Shown in pieces: positions 33,526 to 44,394 of a DNA stretch of 64,000 bases (position 1 is its first letter; each line of letters begins with the position of its first letter). Position numbers and translations under genes: made by a program. Below the pieces are notes generated by a model. The model was given only the letters and a program-made list of their open reading frames with translations, was not told the DNA's origin and did no database searches. The DNA comes from an uncultured Actinomycetes bacterium (GTDB lineage Bacteria; Actinomycetota; Actinomycetes; S36-B12): assembly GCA_963755335.1 (NCBI GenBank), contig CAVWJW010000003.1, positions 68,010 to 132,009 of the forward strand, given 5' to 3'.

Positions 33526-35187
33526 TCAGCCCTGGAGCCACACCGCCGTCTCGGCGCCGATCGCGATGCGGTCCCCGTCGTCAGTGCTCATCGCAGCGAC
33601 GTCCTGTCCGGAGGCGACCAGGAAGTCGGTACCCCACTCGACCGGAAGTCGCGCGATCCCGGTGCCCAGGTTGAGTGCGCAGATCACCGAGGAACCGTCA
33701 GGAGCGGAGCGGCGGAACGCCAGCACCGTGCCGTCATCGCACAGCCACTGCAGCGGCCCCTCGCCGAGCGACGCCTCGGCGCGGCGGATGCGCAGGGCAA
33801 GACGGTAGAGCTCGAGGGTGGAGTCCTCGACCTTGCGCTCGGCGTCGACGGACAGCTGCGCCCAGCCGGCCGGCTGCGGCAGCCACGACGCGGCGCCGGA
33901 GCTGAAGCCGAAGGACGGACTCGATCCCGACCAGGGGATCGGCACGCGGCAGCCGTCGCGGGTGCCGTCCGTGCCGCCGCTGCGAAGCCAGGCCGGATCC
34001 TGCCGCACCTCGGGGGCCAGGTCGACGACCTCGAACAGGCCGAGCTCCTCGCCCTGGTACAGGTACATGGAGCCCGGCAGCGCCAGCGTGAACAGTGTTG
34101 CCGCCCGCGCCCGCAGCAGGCCGCGCTCGAGGTCGCGGACGCCGTCCTCGTCGATCGGTGCCATGCGGGTGCGATGCCGCACGACGTCGTGGTTGGACAG
34201 CACCCAGGTCGGGGGCGCGTCCACCTTGGCGTGGTTGGCGATGGTCTCGTCGATGGACGTGCGCATCTTCGCGGCGTCCCAGCCCGCCTCGAGGTAGGCG
34301 AAGTTGAACGACGTGTGCAGCTCGTCGGGCCGCTGGTAGCGGGCCAGGCGCTCCGCGTTCGGCACCCAGGTCTCGCCGCAGAACACGCGGGGCGGGTCGT
34401 ACTCGTCGGCGACCTTGCGCCACTCGCGGTAGATGTCATGCACGCCGTCCTGGTCCCAGAACGGGGCATGCGCGCTGTCCTCGAGGATCGACCCGGACTC
34501 GGACTTCTTCACGTAGTCGTAGTCGGGAAGGCCCTCCTCCTTCACCAGTCCGTGCGCCACGTCGATGCGGAAGCCGTCGATGCCCCGGTCGAACCAGAAG
34601 CGAAGGGTGTCGATGAACTCCTGGTGCACGTCGGGGTTGTCCCAGTTGACGTCCGGCTGGGTGGGGTCGAACAGGTGGAGGTACCAGTAGCCCGTGGGTG
34701 AGCCGTCGGCGTGGCGGATGGCCGACCAGCCGCTTCCGTGGAAGACGCTGCGCCAGTTGTTGGGCGGGGTCTCGTGATCCTCGCCGCGGCCCTCGCGGAC
34801 GACGTAGCGGTCCCACGCGGGCGAGCCCGGCTCGGTGGCCAGCGCCTCCTTGAACCAGCGGTGCTCACTGCTGGTGTGGTTCGGGACGATGTCCATGAGG
34901 ATGCGGATGCTGCGCTCGTGCGCCTGGCTGATCAGCGTGTCGACGTCGTCGAGCGTTCCCAGCCGCGGGTCGATCGAGCGGTAGTCCTCGACGTCGTAGC
35001 CGCCGTCGTTGAGCGGTGACGTGTAGAACGGCGAGATCCAGATCGCATCGACGCCGAGGTCGGCGAGGTAGTCGAGGCGCGTGATGAGACCGGGGATGTC
35101 GCCCATGCCGTCGCCGTCACTGTCGGCGAAGGAGCGCGGGTAGACCTGGTAGACCACGGCGTGCCGCCACCACTCACCGCCGCTCAT
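33526..35187 (-). CDS. GH13 alpha-glucosidase
   Basis: WW..AVVYQVYPRSFAD, DIVPNHTS, GFRIDVAH, SNHD, YQGEELG, RDGCRVP. Confidence 0.93.
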   Translation of the reverse strand: MSGGEWWRHAVVYQVYPRSFADSDGDGMGDIPGLITRLDYLADLGVDAIWISPFYTSPLNDGGYDVEDYRSIDPRLGTLDDVDTLISQAHERSIRILMDIVPNHTSSEHRWFKEALATEPGSPAWDRYVVREGRGEDHETPPNNWRSVFHGSGWSAIRHADGSPTGYWYLHLFDPTQPDVNWDNPDVHQEFIDTLRFWFDRGIDGFRIDVAHGLVKEEGLPDYDYVKKSESGSILEDSAHAPFWDQDGVHDIYREWRKVADEYDPPRVFCGETWVPNAERLARYQRPDELHTSFNFAYLEAGWDAAKMRTSIDETIANHAKVDAPPTWVLSNHDVVRHRTRMAPIDEDGVRDLERGLLRARAATLFTLALPGSMYLYQGEELGLFEVVDLAPEVRQDPAWLRSGGTDGTRDGCRVPIPWSGSSPSFGFSSGAASWLPQPAGWAQLSVDAERKVEDSTLELYRLALRIRRAEASLGEGPLQWLCDDGTVLAFRRSAPDGSSVICALNLGTGIARLPVEWGTDFLVASGQDVAAMSTDDGDRIAIGAETAVWLQG

Positions 35188-35630
35188 GAGCTCAGGTCCG
35201 TCACCGTGAAGCCGTGCGTGGTCGGCTCGTCGTCGGTGTTCTGCATGGCGAAGGCGGCGCCGAGCAGGTACTGCCACAGGGCCGACTCATTGTCGGCGGA
35301 CATGTCCTGCTCGACCATGGCGTCGTGCATGTGCCGCAGCCAGCGGTCGCGCGCGACACCGTCGATGCGGTACGGCATGTGGCGGGCGCGCAGTCGCGGG
35401 TGGCCGCGCTCGTCGTCGTAGGTCGTCGGCCCGCCCCAGTACTGCTCGAGGAACATCCGCAGCCGGCGCTCGGCCGGAGCAAGGTCGCCTTCGGGATACA
35501 TCGGCCGCAGCACGTCGTCGTGCGCCACGCGCTCGTAGAACGCGTGCACGAGCGGCTCGAAGAACGCTGAGCCGCCGAACAGCTCATACGGGGTGGTGGC
35601 TGGCCTGCCGGAGTCGTTGGGTTCGGTCAC
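35184..35630 (-). CDS. glbO: Group II truncated hemoglobin
   Basis: FYERV..D.VLRPMYP, FLEQYWGGP, RGHPRLRARH, RDRWL. Confidence 0.92.
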   Translation of the reverse strand: MTEPNDSGRPATTPYELFGGSAFFEPLVHAFYERVAHDDVLRPMYPEGDLAPAERRLRMFLEQYWGGPTTYDDERGHPRLRARHMPYRIDGVARDRWLRHMHDAMVEQDMSADNESALWQYLLGAAFAMQNTDDEPTTHGFTVTDLSS

Positions 35631-37135
35631 GACCTGATTCTCGCTGATGGCGCTGCCGAGCTCTCGGCCTGCTCCAGGATTCGCTGGATCATGTGCGGGA
35701 ACACGATGCTGTGGAACGGCGCCACCGACCACCAGTACGCCTGTCCGGCCAGCCCGCGCGGGAAGAACACGGCCCGTTGCCTCAGGCGCGCACCGGACGC
35801 CAGCGGTTCGACGGTGAACTCGAGCCAGGCCAGGCCGGGGTTCTTCATCTCGGCCCGCAGACGAAGGAGCCGCGGAGGAAGGCACTCCTCCACGCGCCAG
35901 AAGTCGACCACGTCGCCGACCACGAGGCTGGCGGGGTCACGACGGCCACGGCGCAGACCCGGACCGCCCAGCATCCGATCGGCCAGCCCCCTGACCTTCC
36001 AGAGGATCCCGGCCGAGTACCAGCCGTTCGCGCCGCCGATCCGCTCGAGCGCCGACCAGACCTGCTCGGGAGAGGCGGTCGTCGTCCGTACGCGCACGTC
36101 GGTCAGCAGGGACCCACCCGCCCAGTCAGGGTCGCTGGGCAGCGGGTCGCTGGGAGCGCCGGGGACGGAGGCTCCTGACCACCGGGTCACCACCTCGGCG
36201 TCCTGGATACGTGTCAGCGCGATCCGCACCGCGTCGTCGAAGGAGAGCAGCCCCTCGGGTGGGTCCGGCACGTACGTGGCGATGTCGTGCTCGCGGCAGA
36301 CGGAGTCGTGCTTGAGCGACTCGACGAGCGGGCGGGCGATGGCTCGAGGCACCGGGGTGACCACATTGACCCAGTGACTCGACAGGCCGGGGGACAGGAC
36401 GTTGATGGGCAGGATGATCCGTCTGCGGAGGCCGGCGACGGCGGCGTAGCGGTGCATCATCTGCTCGTACGTGAGTACCTCAGGTCCGCCGACGTCGAAG
36501 GCACGGCTGAGATCGGCGGGCATCGAGGCCGCCGCGACGAGGTATCGCAGGACGTCGCGGATCGCGATCGGCTGCGTTCGGCTGCGAACCCAGCGGGGCG
36601 TCACCATCGCGGGGAGCCGTTCGGTGAGGTAGCGCATCATCTCGAAGGACGCGGAACCGGAGCCGATGATCACGGCGGCCCGCAACTCGATGACGGATAC
36701 TCCCGAGGTGCGCAGGACGTCGCCGACACCGGCCCGGGAGCGCATGTGCGCGGACATCTGACCGGCCGGAATGTCGGGCGCGAGCCCGCCGAGGTAGACG
36801 ATGCGCGCGACTCCGGTGGCAGCCGCGGCGGCCGCGAAGCCGTCCGCCATCCGTCGTTCGGCCGCCTCGAGACCGTCGCCCTCCTGGAGCGAGTGAAGCA
36901 GGTAGTAGGCGACGTCGACGCCGGCCATCGCGGCGCGCAGCGAATCCGGGTCGAGGGCGTCGCCGGGAACGACCTCCACGTCGGGCGCCCAGGGGACGTC
37001 GCGGAGCCGTTCGGGGTGCCGCGCCAGCACCTTCACCCGGTAGCCCTGGGCAAGCAGCTGCGGAACCAGGCGCCCGCCGACGTAACCCGTCGCCCCGGTC
37101 ACCAAGCAGGTGCGCGCCGAGGGCGAAGGGGTCAT
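35627..37135 (-). CDS. NAD(P)-binding SDR-like oxidoreductase + DUF2867 (YbjT-like)
   Basis: VTGATGYVG, YYLLHS, GSGSASFE, IGG.NGW, GD.VDFWRVE, LRAEMK.PG. Confidence 0.9.
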   Translation of the reverse strand: MTPSPSARTCLVTGATGYVGGRLVPQLLAQGYRVKVLARHPERLRDVPWAPDVEVVPGDALDPDSLRAAMAGVDVAYYLLHSLQEGDGLEAAERRMADGFAAAAAATGVARIVYLGGLAPDIPAGQMSAHMRSRAGVGDVLRTSGVSVIELRAAVIIGSGSASFEMMRYLTERLPAMVTPRWVRSRTQPIAIRDVLRYLVAAASMPADLSRAFDVGGPEVLTYEQMMHRYAAVAGLRRRIILPINVLSPGLSSHWVNVVTPVPRAIARPLVESLKHDSVCREHDIATYVPDPPEGLLSFDDAVRIALTRIQDAEVVTRWSGASVPGAPSDPLPSDPDWAGGSLLTDVRVRTTTASPEQVWSALERIGGANGWYSAGILWKVRGLADRMLGGPGLRRGRRDPASLVVGDVVDFWRVEECLPPRLLRLRAEMKNPGLAWLEFTVEPLASGARLRQRAVFFPRGLAGQAYWWSVAPFHSIVFPHMIQRILEQAESSAAPSARIRS

Positions 37136-38085
37136 GACCCCATTCTGGGGGGATTCTGCGAACCCGGCTGGTTGGGGAGTCCCCGGACGACAACGGGGAC
37201 GACGATGCCGGCGCGGTCGAAGGCCAGCTTCATCCGCTCGCGGATCGTGCGGGCGACGTCGACCTGCTTCTCCGGCGCTGCCTTGGCGGTGATGCGGATG
37301 ACCACTGCCTCGCCGGAGACGGACTCGACGCCGGCGAACGTGGGCTTGCCCAGCAGCAGGTCGTCGTAGTCCGGGTCCTCGTCCATGTCGGTGGCGACCT
37401 TGTCGACGATCTCGCGGACCTTCTCGATGTTCTCGTTGTACGCGATGGGGATGTCGACGATGGACATCGTCCAGCCCTGGGACCGGTTGGCCACGCGGAG
37501 GATCTCGCCGTTGCGGACGTACCAGACGACGCCGGACGGGTCGCGCAGTCGCGTGCAGCGCAGGGCGACCTCCTCGACCGTGCCGATGGCCCCGCCGAGG
37601 TCGACCCAGTCGCCGACGCCGTACTGATCCTCGGCGATGATGAAGATGCCCGACAGGTAGTCCTTGACGAGGGTCTGAGCCCCGAAGCCGAGGGCGACGC
37701 CGATGACGCCCGCACTGGCGAGCAGCGGCGCGACGTTGATGCCGAGCAGCGGCAGGATCATCAGCGCGGCGATCGTCCACACCGTGATCGCCACGACGCT
37801 GCGCAGCAGGGTGCCGATCGCGGCGGCGCGCTGCTCGGTGCGCTGGTTCATGAGCAGGTCGGACAGCTCGGCCGTGCGGGTCACCTTGCGCATCTGCGCC
37901 AGGCGCTCGTGCTTCGCCTTCTCCGAGGCCCGGGTGACCACCTTCTTGATCGTGCCCTTGAGGATGATCTGGGCCAGCAGGGCCACCACGAGGATGATGA
38001 GGATCTGCAGCGGGACGCCGATCAGCCAGTCGCGTGCCCTCTCCCAGAACGGCGCATCCTTCGCCGCGAGCAGGATGTGCATCAC
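37132..38085 (-). CDS. Small-conductance mechanosensitive channel
   Basis: GVALGFGAQ.LVKD.LSG, EDQY.VGD, GTVEE, NGEI..V.N.S. Confidence 0.9.
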   Translation of the reverse strand: MMHILLAAKDAPFWERARDWLIGVPLQILIILVVALLAQIILKGTIKKVVTRASEKAKHERLAQMRKVTRTAELSDLLMNQRTEQRAAAIGTLLRSVVAITVWTIAALMILPLLGINVAPLLASAGVIGVALGFGAQTLVKDYLSGIFIIAEDQYGVGDWVDLGGAIGTVEEVALRCTRLRDPSGVVWYVRNGEILRVANRSQGWTMSIVDIPIAYNENIEKVREIVDKVATDMDEDPDYDDLLLGKPTFAGVESVSGEAVVIRITAKAAPEKQVDVARTIRERMKLAFDRAGIVVPVVVRGLPNQPGSQNPPRMGS

Positions 38086-40172
38086 GACAGGCCGGTCCAG
38101 TGCGCGAAGAACGACAGCGTGTCAGCCGACTCCTCGACGGACTTGTCGAGCGACCGCGCACCGTGGCCGACGTCGCCCTCGGTGCGGACCAGGATCGGCC
38201 GCGTGCCCGTCGTGGCGTGCTGCACCGCCGCGCACATCTTGCGACCGTGCATCGGATCGGTGCGGGTGTCGTTGTCGAAGATGGCGAACATCGTCGCCGG
38301 GTAGTCGGTGCCCTCAACGACCCGGTGGTACGGCGAGTACTCGTGCAGCCAGCCGAACTGCTCGGCGTCGGCCGGGTCGCCGTACTCGACGGTCCAGGTC
38401 GGGCCGAGCTCGCTGGTGACGTAGCGGATCATGTCGAGCAGAGGCGCGACGCACACGACCGCGTTGTAGAGCTCAGGACGCTGCGTCATGGCGGCGCCGA
38501 CGAGCAGGCCGCCGTTGGAGCCGCCGTAGATGCCCAGCTGCGACGACGTCGTCCAGCCGTTGTCGATGAGCCACTGCGCACCCGCGTGGAAGTCGTCGAA
38601 CACGTTCTGCTTCTTGCCGAGCATGCCGTCGCGGTGCCACTGCTCGCCTTCCTCGCCGCCGCCGCGCAGGTTCGCGACCGCCCATACGCCGCCGGCCTCC
38701 ACCCACGACAGGATCGCCGCGGAGAAGCCCGGCGCCAGGGCGATGCCGAAGCCGCCGTACCCGTACAGGACGGTCGGGCGGGGAACGTCGGGCTCGGCGG
38801 TCGGGGAGATGACGAACATGCGGACGACGGTGCCGTCGGCCGACGTGTACTCCACCTGGCGGGAGTGGACGGTCGGGACGGCGACGACTCCCGGGGGAGT
38901 GGCGTACAGCGCGACCTCATCGGTCCGCGCGTCGTAGGAGTAGATCGTCGGCACCGTCGTGTGGTCGGTGTAGACGAACCACGTGACCGGGCCGCCGTCG
39001 ATGTGCTCGACGGGTCCGCCGATCGTGCCCGCGCCGGGCAGCTCGATCTCCTTGATCAGCTCACCATCGTGCGAGCGGTGCAAGGTCATGTGCGCGACGC
39101 CGTGGCTGGTGCGCACGACGAGGAGGAGGTCCTCGTCGAGCTCGGGGCCGTCGAGCACGGTCACCGACTCGAGCACCGCCTCGGGATCCTCGGGAATCAG
39201 GTCGATCCAGTCGGTGGACGCCCAGTCCGAGGGCCACGTCATCGCGAGGCGGCCGCGCGGCGCATCGAGGTCGGTGGCCACCAGGACGCGGCCGTCGCGG
39301 GCGAACGTCAGCGAGGTCTGCGCGTCGACGTCGCCCTGCACCAGCAGGAACGCCGGGTGGTCGAGCAGGCCGTCGCTGATGTCGGCGACCCACAGGTCGT
39401 TGCGGGGCTCGGTGCCCTTGCTCGCGGACACCTGCAGCCAGTGGCCGTCGCGGCTGACCTCCACGCCGTAGTAGTTCGTCATCTCGCGGCCGGCACCGAA
39501 CACCAGAACGTCGTCGTCGGGTGACGTCCCGAGGTGGTGAAGGTAGACCCGACGGTGGAAGTTGCGCTCGCTCTCGGGCAGCAGCTCAGGGGCGAGGCGA
39601 CGCACGTAGTAGAACCGCTCCTCGCCCGGCACCCAGGCGATGGGCGAGTACCGGCAGCGGTCGATCGGGCCCTCGAGGGTCTCGCCGGTGGCGACGTCCA
39701 TGACGTAGAGCAGCGACTCCTCGTTGCCGCCCACCGACAGCTGGTACGCCAGCAGGTTGCCCTCCTTCGAGGGCTGCCACGAGTCGAGGGTCGTCAGGCC
39801 GGACGGATCAATGGTCATCGGGTCGATCAGCGGCCGCTCGGTGCCGTCCTCGTCGACCACATACAGCACGCTGAACTGCTGGCCGGGCTCGCGACGGGTG
39901 AGGAAGTGCCGGGTGCCGCGCCAGTACGGCGGAGAGATGGTGCCCGAGCCGAGCAGGCTCGCGATCCTGTCGGCGAACTGGTCGCGATGCCCCCACGCGG
40001 CCCGCTCGGTCGCCATGAGGGCGCCCTGCTGCTCGAGCCACTCGGCGGTGCGCGGATCCTCGTCGTCCTCGAGCCAGCGGTACGGGTCGGGCACGGGCGT
40101 GCCGTGGTAGTCGTCGACGACGTCGGTACGCGGTGCTCGGGGGTACGTGGGCGCGGTCGAGTCGATGGTCAC
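38082..40172 (-). CDS. Prolyl oligopeptidase (S9A)
   Basis: DPYRWLE, YGYGGF, GGSNGGLL, D.R..P.H, GHG. Confidence 0.93.
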   Translation of the reverse strand: MTIDSTAPTYPRAPRTDVVDDYHGTPVPDPYRWLEDDEDPRTAEWLEQQGALMATERAAWGHRDQFADRIASLLGSGTISPPYWRGTRHFLTRREPGQQFSVLYVVDEDGTERPLIDPMTIDPSGLTTLDSWQPSKEGNLLAYQLSVGGNEESLLYVMDVATGETLEGPIDRCRYSPIAWVPGEERFYYVRRLAPELLPESERNFHRRVYLHHLGTSPDDDVLVFGAGREMTNYYGVEVSRDGHWLQVSASKGTEPRNDLWVADISDGLLDHPAFLLVQGDVDAQTSLTFARDGRVLVATDLDAPRGRLAMTWPSDWASTDWIDLIPEDPEAVLESVTVLDGPELDEDLLLVVRTSHGVAHMTLHRSHDGELIKEIELPGAGTIGGPVEHIDGGPVTWFVYTDHTTVPTIYSYDARTDEVALYATPPGVVAVPTVHSRQVEYTSADGTVVRMFVISPTAEPDVPRPTVLYGYGGFGIALAPGFSAAILSWVEAGGVWAVANLRGGGEEGEQWHRDGMLGKKQNVFDDFHAGAQWLIDNGWTTSSQLGIYGGSNGGLLVGAAMTQRPELYNAVVCVAPLLDMIRYVTSELGPTWTVEYGDPADAEQFGWLHEYSPYHRVVEGTDYPATMFAIFDNDTRTDPMHGRKMCAAVQHATTGTRPILVRTEGDVGHGARSLDKSVEESADTLSFFAHWTGLS

Positions 40173-40195
40173 GTCGGCAAGCCTAGGCTTTGGCC

Positions 40196-41575
40196 ATGGA
40201 GCTGCATGACCTGACGGCCGTCGAGCAGGCTCGTGCGATCCGCATGCGGGAGATCTCCTCACGCGAGCTCACCGAGCACTACCTCGCCAGGACGGCGCGC
40301 CTCAATGACGTCGTCGGCGCCTTCGTCACGATCACCGACGAGCTCGCCCTCGAGCAGGCCGATGCCGCCGACCGCATGGTGGCCGCGGGTGAGCCGGTCG
40401 GCGTCCTGCACGGTGTCGTGGTCCCCGTGAAGGACCTCCACCTCTACAAGGGGGTTCGCGTGCGCTTCGGCAGCGAGGTCTCCGATCACGTCGCCGAGGT
40501 CGACGAGTTCGTGGCCGAGCGCCTGCGCCTCGCCGGGACGGTCATGACCGGGAAGACGAGCACGCCCGAGTTCGGGCTGCCCGCCTACACCGAGCCGGAG
40601 GTCGGACCGTGGGCACGAACGCCCTGGGACCTGACCCGTTCGGCCGGCGGGTCCAGCGGCGGTGCCGCGACGGCGGTCGCCTCAGGGCTCGCCCCCGTCG
40701 CCCATGGCTCTGACGGCGGCGGCTCGATCCGCATCCCCGCCAGCTCGTGCGGGGTCGTCGGCCTGAAGACCTCGCGCGACCTGCTGCCGAACGGGCCGAT
40801 GCCCGAGGGTCCGGGCCGCCTCGGCGTGCAGGGTCCGCTCGCGCGGACGGTCGCGGATGCCGCCGCCCTGCTCGACGTCATGGCCAGCACGCCGCCCGAG
40901 GCGACGTACCTCGCGGCGATCGAGCAGGAGCCGCCGTCCCTGCTGGTCGGCCGGTACGCGACGCCCGTCATCGCGGACACCGCCGTGCATCGGGAGGCGA
41001 TGGCCGCCTACGAGCTGGCCTCGTCGCTGCTGGAGTCGCTCGGGCATCGACTCGTCGACCTCGTCGTCCCGTTGCCGCTCGAGGCGGTCCCGCACTTCGA
41101 GCTCGTCTGGGCCGCGGGAGCAGCGGGGATCCCGCTGACTCCTGACGCCGAGGATCGCGTCCGGCCCCTCACCCGATGGCTGCGCGAGCGCGGCCGCGCG
41201 CTGAGCCCCCAGGAGGTCGCGGATGCGATCGGCTTCATGCAGCAGCATGCGCAGGCAGCCCTCGAGTCGTCGGCCCACGTCGACCTGATCCTCACGCCGA
41301 CGCTCGCCGACCTGCCATCCGTCATCGGCAGCATCCGCGACGACGCGGACCCCGCGGCGGACTTCGAGGCGCAGAAGAGGTTCACCCCCTTCACCTCTCC
41401 GTACAACATGACGGGGCAGCCTGCCATTAGTCTGCCTGTGCACTGGACGGACGACGGACTGCCTGTTGGCATCCAGATCGTCGGCCGTCCGATGCAGGAG
41501 GCATTGGTACTCGCGGTGTCCGCTCAGATCGAGCGTGCGCATCCGTGGGGCCATCGACACCCGGAGGTCTGGTGA
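40196..41575 (+). CDS. Amidase signature family protein
   Basis: PVKD, GKT.TPEFG, GGSSGGAA, GSDGGGSIRIPAS. Confidence 0.92.
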   Translation: MELHDLTAVEQARAIRMREISSRELTEHYLARTARLNDVVGAFVTITDELALEQADAADRMVAAGEPVGVLHGVVVPVKDLHLYKGVRVRFGSEVSDHVAEVDEFVAERLRLAGTVMTGKTSTPEFGLPAYTEPEVGPWARTPWDLTRSAGGSSGGAATAVASGLAPVAHGSDGGGSIRIPASSCGVVGLKTSRDLLPNGPMPEGPGRLGVQGPLARTVADAAALLDVMASTPPEATYLAAIEQEPPSLLVGRYATPVIADTAVHREAMAAYELASSLLESLGHRLVDLVVPLPLEAVPHFELVWAAGAAGIPLTPDAEDRVRPLTRWLRERGRALSPQEVADAIGFMQQHAQAALESSAHVDLILTPTLADLPSVIGSIRDDADPAADFEAQKRFTPFTSPYNMTGQPAISLPVHWTDDGLPVGIQIVGRPMQEALVLAVSAQIERAHPWGHRHPEVW

Positions 41576-43722
41576 CCCAACCAGAGGCGCCCGCGTGGGC
41601 ACCCGTCTCTGACGAGCTTGCCCGTCTTGCCGCTGCCTTCGGGGTGGCCACCGAGTACTGGGACCAGGCGGGCAATCACGTCGACGTGAGCGCCGTCACC
41701 GTCGAGGCCGTCCTGCGGGCACTGGGCCTGGATGTCTCGTCCAGCGAGTCGATCGCGCTCGCCCTGGACGAGATCAGCCTGCGCGACTGGCGGCGGATGC
41801 TCCCGCCGGTCTTCGTTTCGCGTCAGGGCGAGGACCGTCGGCTGTGGATCCACGTGCCGCACGGCACGCCGGCCAGCGTGTGGGTCGAGTTCGAGGACGG
41901 CGGCAGCCGGGTGCTCGACCAGATCGAGTGGTGGGTCGAGCCCGTCACCGTCGACGGCGTCCTGGTCGGGGAGGCCAGCTTCAACGTGCCGGGCGATCTT
42001 CCCCTCGGCTGGCATCGGGTCATCGCCCGGACGGACTTCGCGGAGGCGTCCACGCCCATCGTCGTCGCGCCGCACCACCTCGAGCCCGGCGTCATCACCG
42101 GCCCGCGCCAGTGGGGGTTCATGACGCAGGTGTACGCCATGCGCTCGCACGAGTCATGGGGCCTCGGCGACCTGCACGACCTGCGCACGCTCGCCACCTG
42201 GAGTGCCAGCGAGCTCGGGGCGGGCTTCGTCCTCATCAACCCGCTGCATGCCGCCTCCCCGGTGCCACCCATGTCGCCGTCCCCGTACCTGCCCGTCACC
42301 CGTCGCTTCGCCAACCCGATGTACCTGCACATCGAGGACATCCCGGAGTTCGCTCGCCTGACGCCCGCCGTGCAGGACCGAGTCGAGAGGCTGGCGGCCG
42401 AGCTGCGCCGGCTCAACGACACCGACGACCTCATCGACCGCGACGCCGTGTGGGCGGCCAAGCGGGTGGCGCTGCAGGCGATCCACCTCGCCGGGATGGC
42501 CGACGACCGGCGCGCGCAGTACGACGCGTTCCTCGCCCAGCAGGGCAGCGGCCTGACCGACTTCGCGACCTGGTCGGCCATCAGCGACACGCACGGTCCG
42601 ATCCCCGGCGACTGGCCCGCTGAGCTCGCGCATCCCGCGCTGCCTGGCGTCGCCGCCTTCCGCGAGGAGCACGCCGACAACGTCGACTTCCACTGCTGGA
42701 TGCAGTGGCTGATCGACGAGCAGCTCGCCGTCACGCAGAACGCCGCGAAGGCGTCGGGCATGGCCATCGGCGTCATGCACGACCTCGCCGTCGGCGTGCA
42801 CCCCGAGGGTGCCGACGCGTGGGCGCTGCAGGACGTGCTGGCACCCGGCGTCGGGGTCGGAGCACCGCCCGACATGTACAACCAGATGGGCCAGAACTGG
42901 TCGCAGCCGCCGTGGCGCCCCGACGCGCTCGCCGAGGCCGCGTTCCTGCCCTACCGCGACATGCTCCGCACCGTGCTCAACCACGCTGGCGGACTGCGCA
43001 TCGACCACGTGCTGGGACTGTTCCGGCTGTGGTGGGTTCCGGACGGCCTGCCCGCCTATGCCGGCACGTTCGTCCGCTTCGACTTCGACGCCATGCTGAG
43101 CATCCTCATGCTGGAGGCCCATCGGGCCGGCGCCATCGTCGTGGGGGAGGACCTCGGCACCGTCGAGCCGTGGGTGCAGGAGGTCCTCGCCGATCGCGGC
43201 ATCCTGGGCACCAGCATCCTGTGGTTCGAGGCCGTCGAGGGCGCCATCAAGGATCCGTACGACTGGCGCGGCGAGGTGCTGGCCAGCGTGACCGTCCATG
43301 ACCTGCCGCCGACCGCCGGCTACCTGCGCGACGAGCACGTGCGCATCCGCAGCGAGCTCGGGCTGCTGACCACGTCCGCCGACGTCGAGCGGGCGAACGC
43401 GGCGCGCGAGCGCGAGGCCTGGGCTGACGTCCTCGTCCGTCATGCGTGGCTCGATCCCTACGCGGACCTTGAGTCCGATGAGGGCAAGGAGGACTTCGTC
43501 GTGGCGCTGCATCGCGCCTGCGCGGCGTCCCCTGCGCGGCTCATCGGCGTCTCCCTGCCGGACGTCATCGGCGACCGACGCGCCCAGAACCAGCCCGGCA
43601 CCGACCAGGAGTACCCGAACTGGCGCGTGCCGATGGCGGACGAGAACGGCGTGCCGGTCCTGCTGGAGGACCTCCTCGACCGGCCTGATCTCCTCGATCG
43701 CATCGTCAACGCCGTCCGTTAG
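41572..43722 (+). CDS. malQ: 4-alpha-glucanotransferase (GH77)
   Basis: SPY.P..R, HDLAVG, GAPPD, RIDH.LG.FRLW, GEDLG, HDLP, NQPGT..EYPNW. Confidence 0.95.
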   Translation: MTQPEAPAWAPVSDELARLAAAFGVATEYWDQAGNHVDVSAVTVEAVLRALGLDVSSSESIALALDEISLRDWRRMLPPVFVSRQGEDRRLWIHVPHGTPASVWVEFEDGGSRVLDQIEWWVEPVTVDGVLVGEASFNVPGDLPLGWHRVIARTDFAEASTPIVVAPHHLEPGVITGPRQWGFMTQVYAMRSHESWGLGDLHDLRTLATWSASELGAGFVLINPLHAASPVPPMSPSPYLPVTRRFANPMYLHIEDIPEFARLTPAVQDRVERLAAELRRLNDTDDLIDRDAVWAAKRVALQAIHLAGMADDRRAQYDAFLAQQGSGLTDFATWSAISDTHGPIPGDWPAELAHPALPGVAAFREEHADNVDFHCWMQWLIDEQLAVTQNAAKASGMAIGVMHDLAVGVHPEGADAWALQDVLAPGVGVGAPPDMYNQMGQNWSQPPWRPDALAEAAFLPYRDMLRTVLNHAGGLRIDHVLGLFRLWWVPDGLPAYAGTFVRFDFDAMLSILMLEAHRAGAIVVGEDLGTVEPWVQEVLADRGILGTSILWFEAVEGAIKDPYDWRGEVLASVTVHDLPPTAGYLRDEHVRIRSELGLLTTSADVERANAAREREAWADVLVRHAWLDPYADLESDEGKEDFVVALHRACAASPARLIGVSLPDVIGDRRAQNQPGTDQEYPNWRVPMADENGVPVLLEDLLDRPDLLDRIVNAVR

Positions 43723-43731
43723 GGTGAGGCC

Positions 43732-43971
43732 GTGAGCCCGCTAGCCGCCCTTCTGGCCTTCGTCGTCCTGCCGATCACACTCGGTGTGGTGATCTACGTC
43801 CTGCTCTCGGCCGGCTCGTGGACCCGCTCCGGCCGTGCCAGCGCCGACTACGACGAGGGACCGTTCCTGGTCAGCAGTGACCCCGCCGTCCCCGACCCGT
43901 CGCACCTTCCGCGCGAGCTCGGCACCGGCATCGAGGCGTACGTGGGAGGTGGCGCAAGTGCCCAGTGGTGA
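43732..43971 (+). CDS. ctaJ: CtaJ-like small subunit of actinobacterial respiratory supercomplex
   Basis: 79 aa, one N-terminal helix, terminal GGASAQW, overlaps DUF5130 gene near pepN. Confidence 0.65.
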   Translation: MSPLAALLAFVVLPITLGVVIYVLLSAGSWTRSGRASADYDEGPFLVSSDPAVPDPSHLPRELGTGIEAYVGGGASAQW

Positions 43972-44380
43972 TGCCGGCTACGGCCTCGATGCGGTCGTCG
44001 AGGTCAGCCCCCTGTCCGAGGGCCAGCGCACCGACCTCAAGCGCATCGTCCAGCGCGCGCGCTCCATCTGCGGCTACGGCTTCGGCGTGTACGTCGGCCC
44101 GCTCGAGAACGGTCGCGACACGGCAGTCGCGCAGCACGCGACTCTCGTCGACCCCGCTTCGGCCGTCCTGGTCGCGGTGGACCCGTCCAAGCATGCGATC
44201 GAGATCGTGACCGGCGCCAACGCCTTCACCACCCTCGACAACCGGGCCTGCGAGCTCGCCGCGCTGGCGATGAAGTCCTGCTTCGGTGCCGACGACCTGG
44301 TCGGCGGCATCCGCGAGGGCGTCAACCTGCTGGCCGAGCACGCGCGCGCTCCGAAGGTCCTGCACCTCGACGAGAACTGA
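43958..44380 (+). CDS. DUF5130 / CtaI-like protein
   Basis: F.VYVG.L, VLVAVDP....IEIVTG, M...F...DLVGG. Confidence 0.8.
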   Translation: MPSGDAGYGLDAVVEVSPLSEGQRTDLKRIVQRARSICGYGFGVYVGPLENGRDTAVAQHATLVDPASAVLVAVDPSKHAIEIVTGANAFTTLDNRACELAALAMKSCFGADDLVGGIREGVNLLAEHARAPKVLHLDEN

Positions 44381-44394
44381 CCCTCCAACCCCCG

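Noticed and set aside
37136..38317. 896-aa ORF as an SDR fusion protein
   Set aside because: The N-terminal ~390 aa is an off-frame read of the mscS gene; the real start is near 37135.
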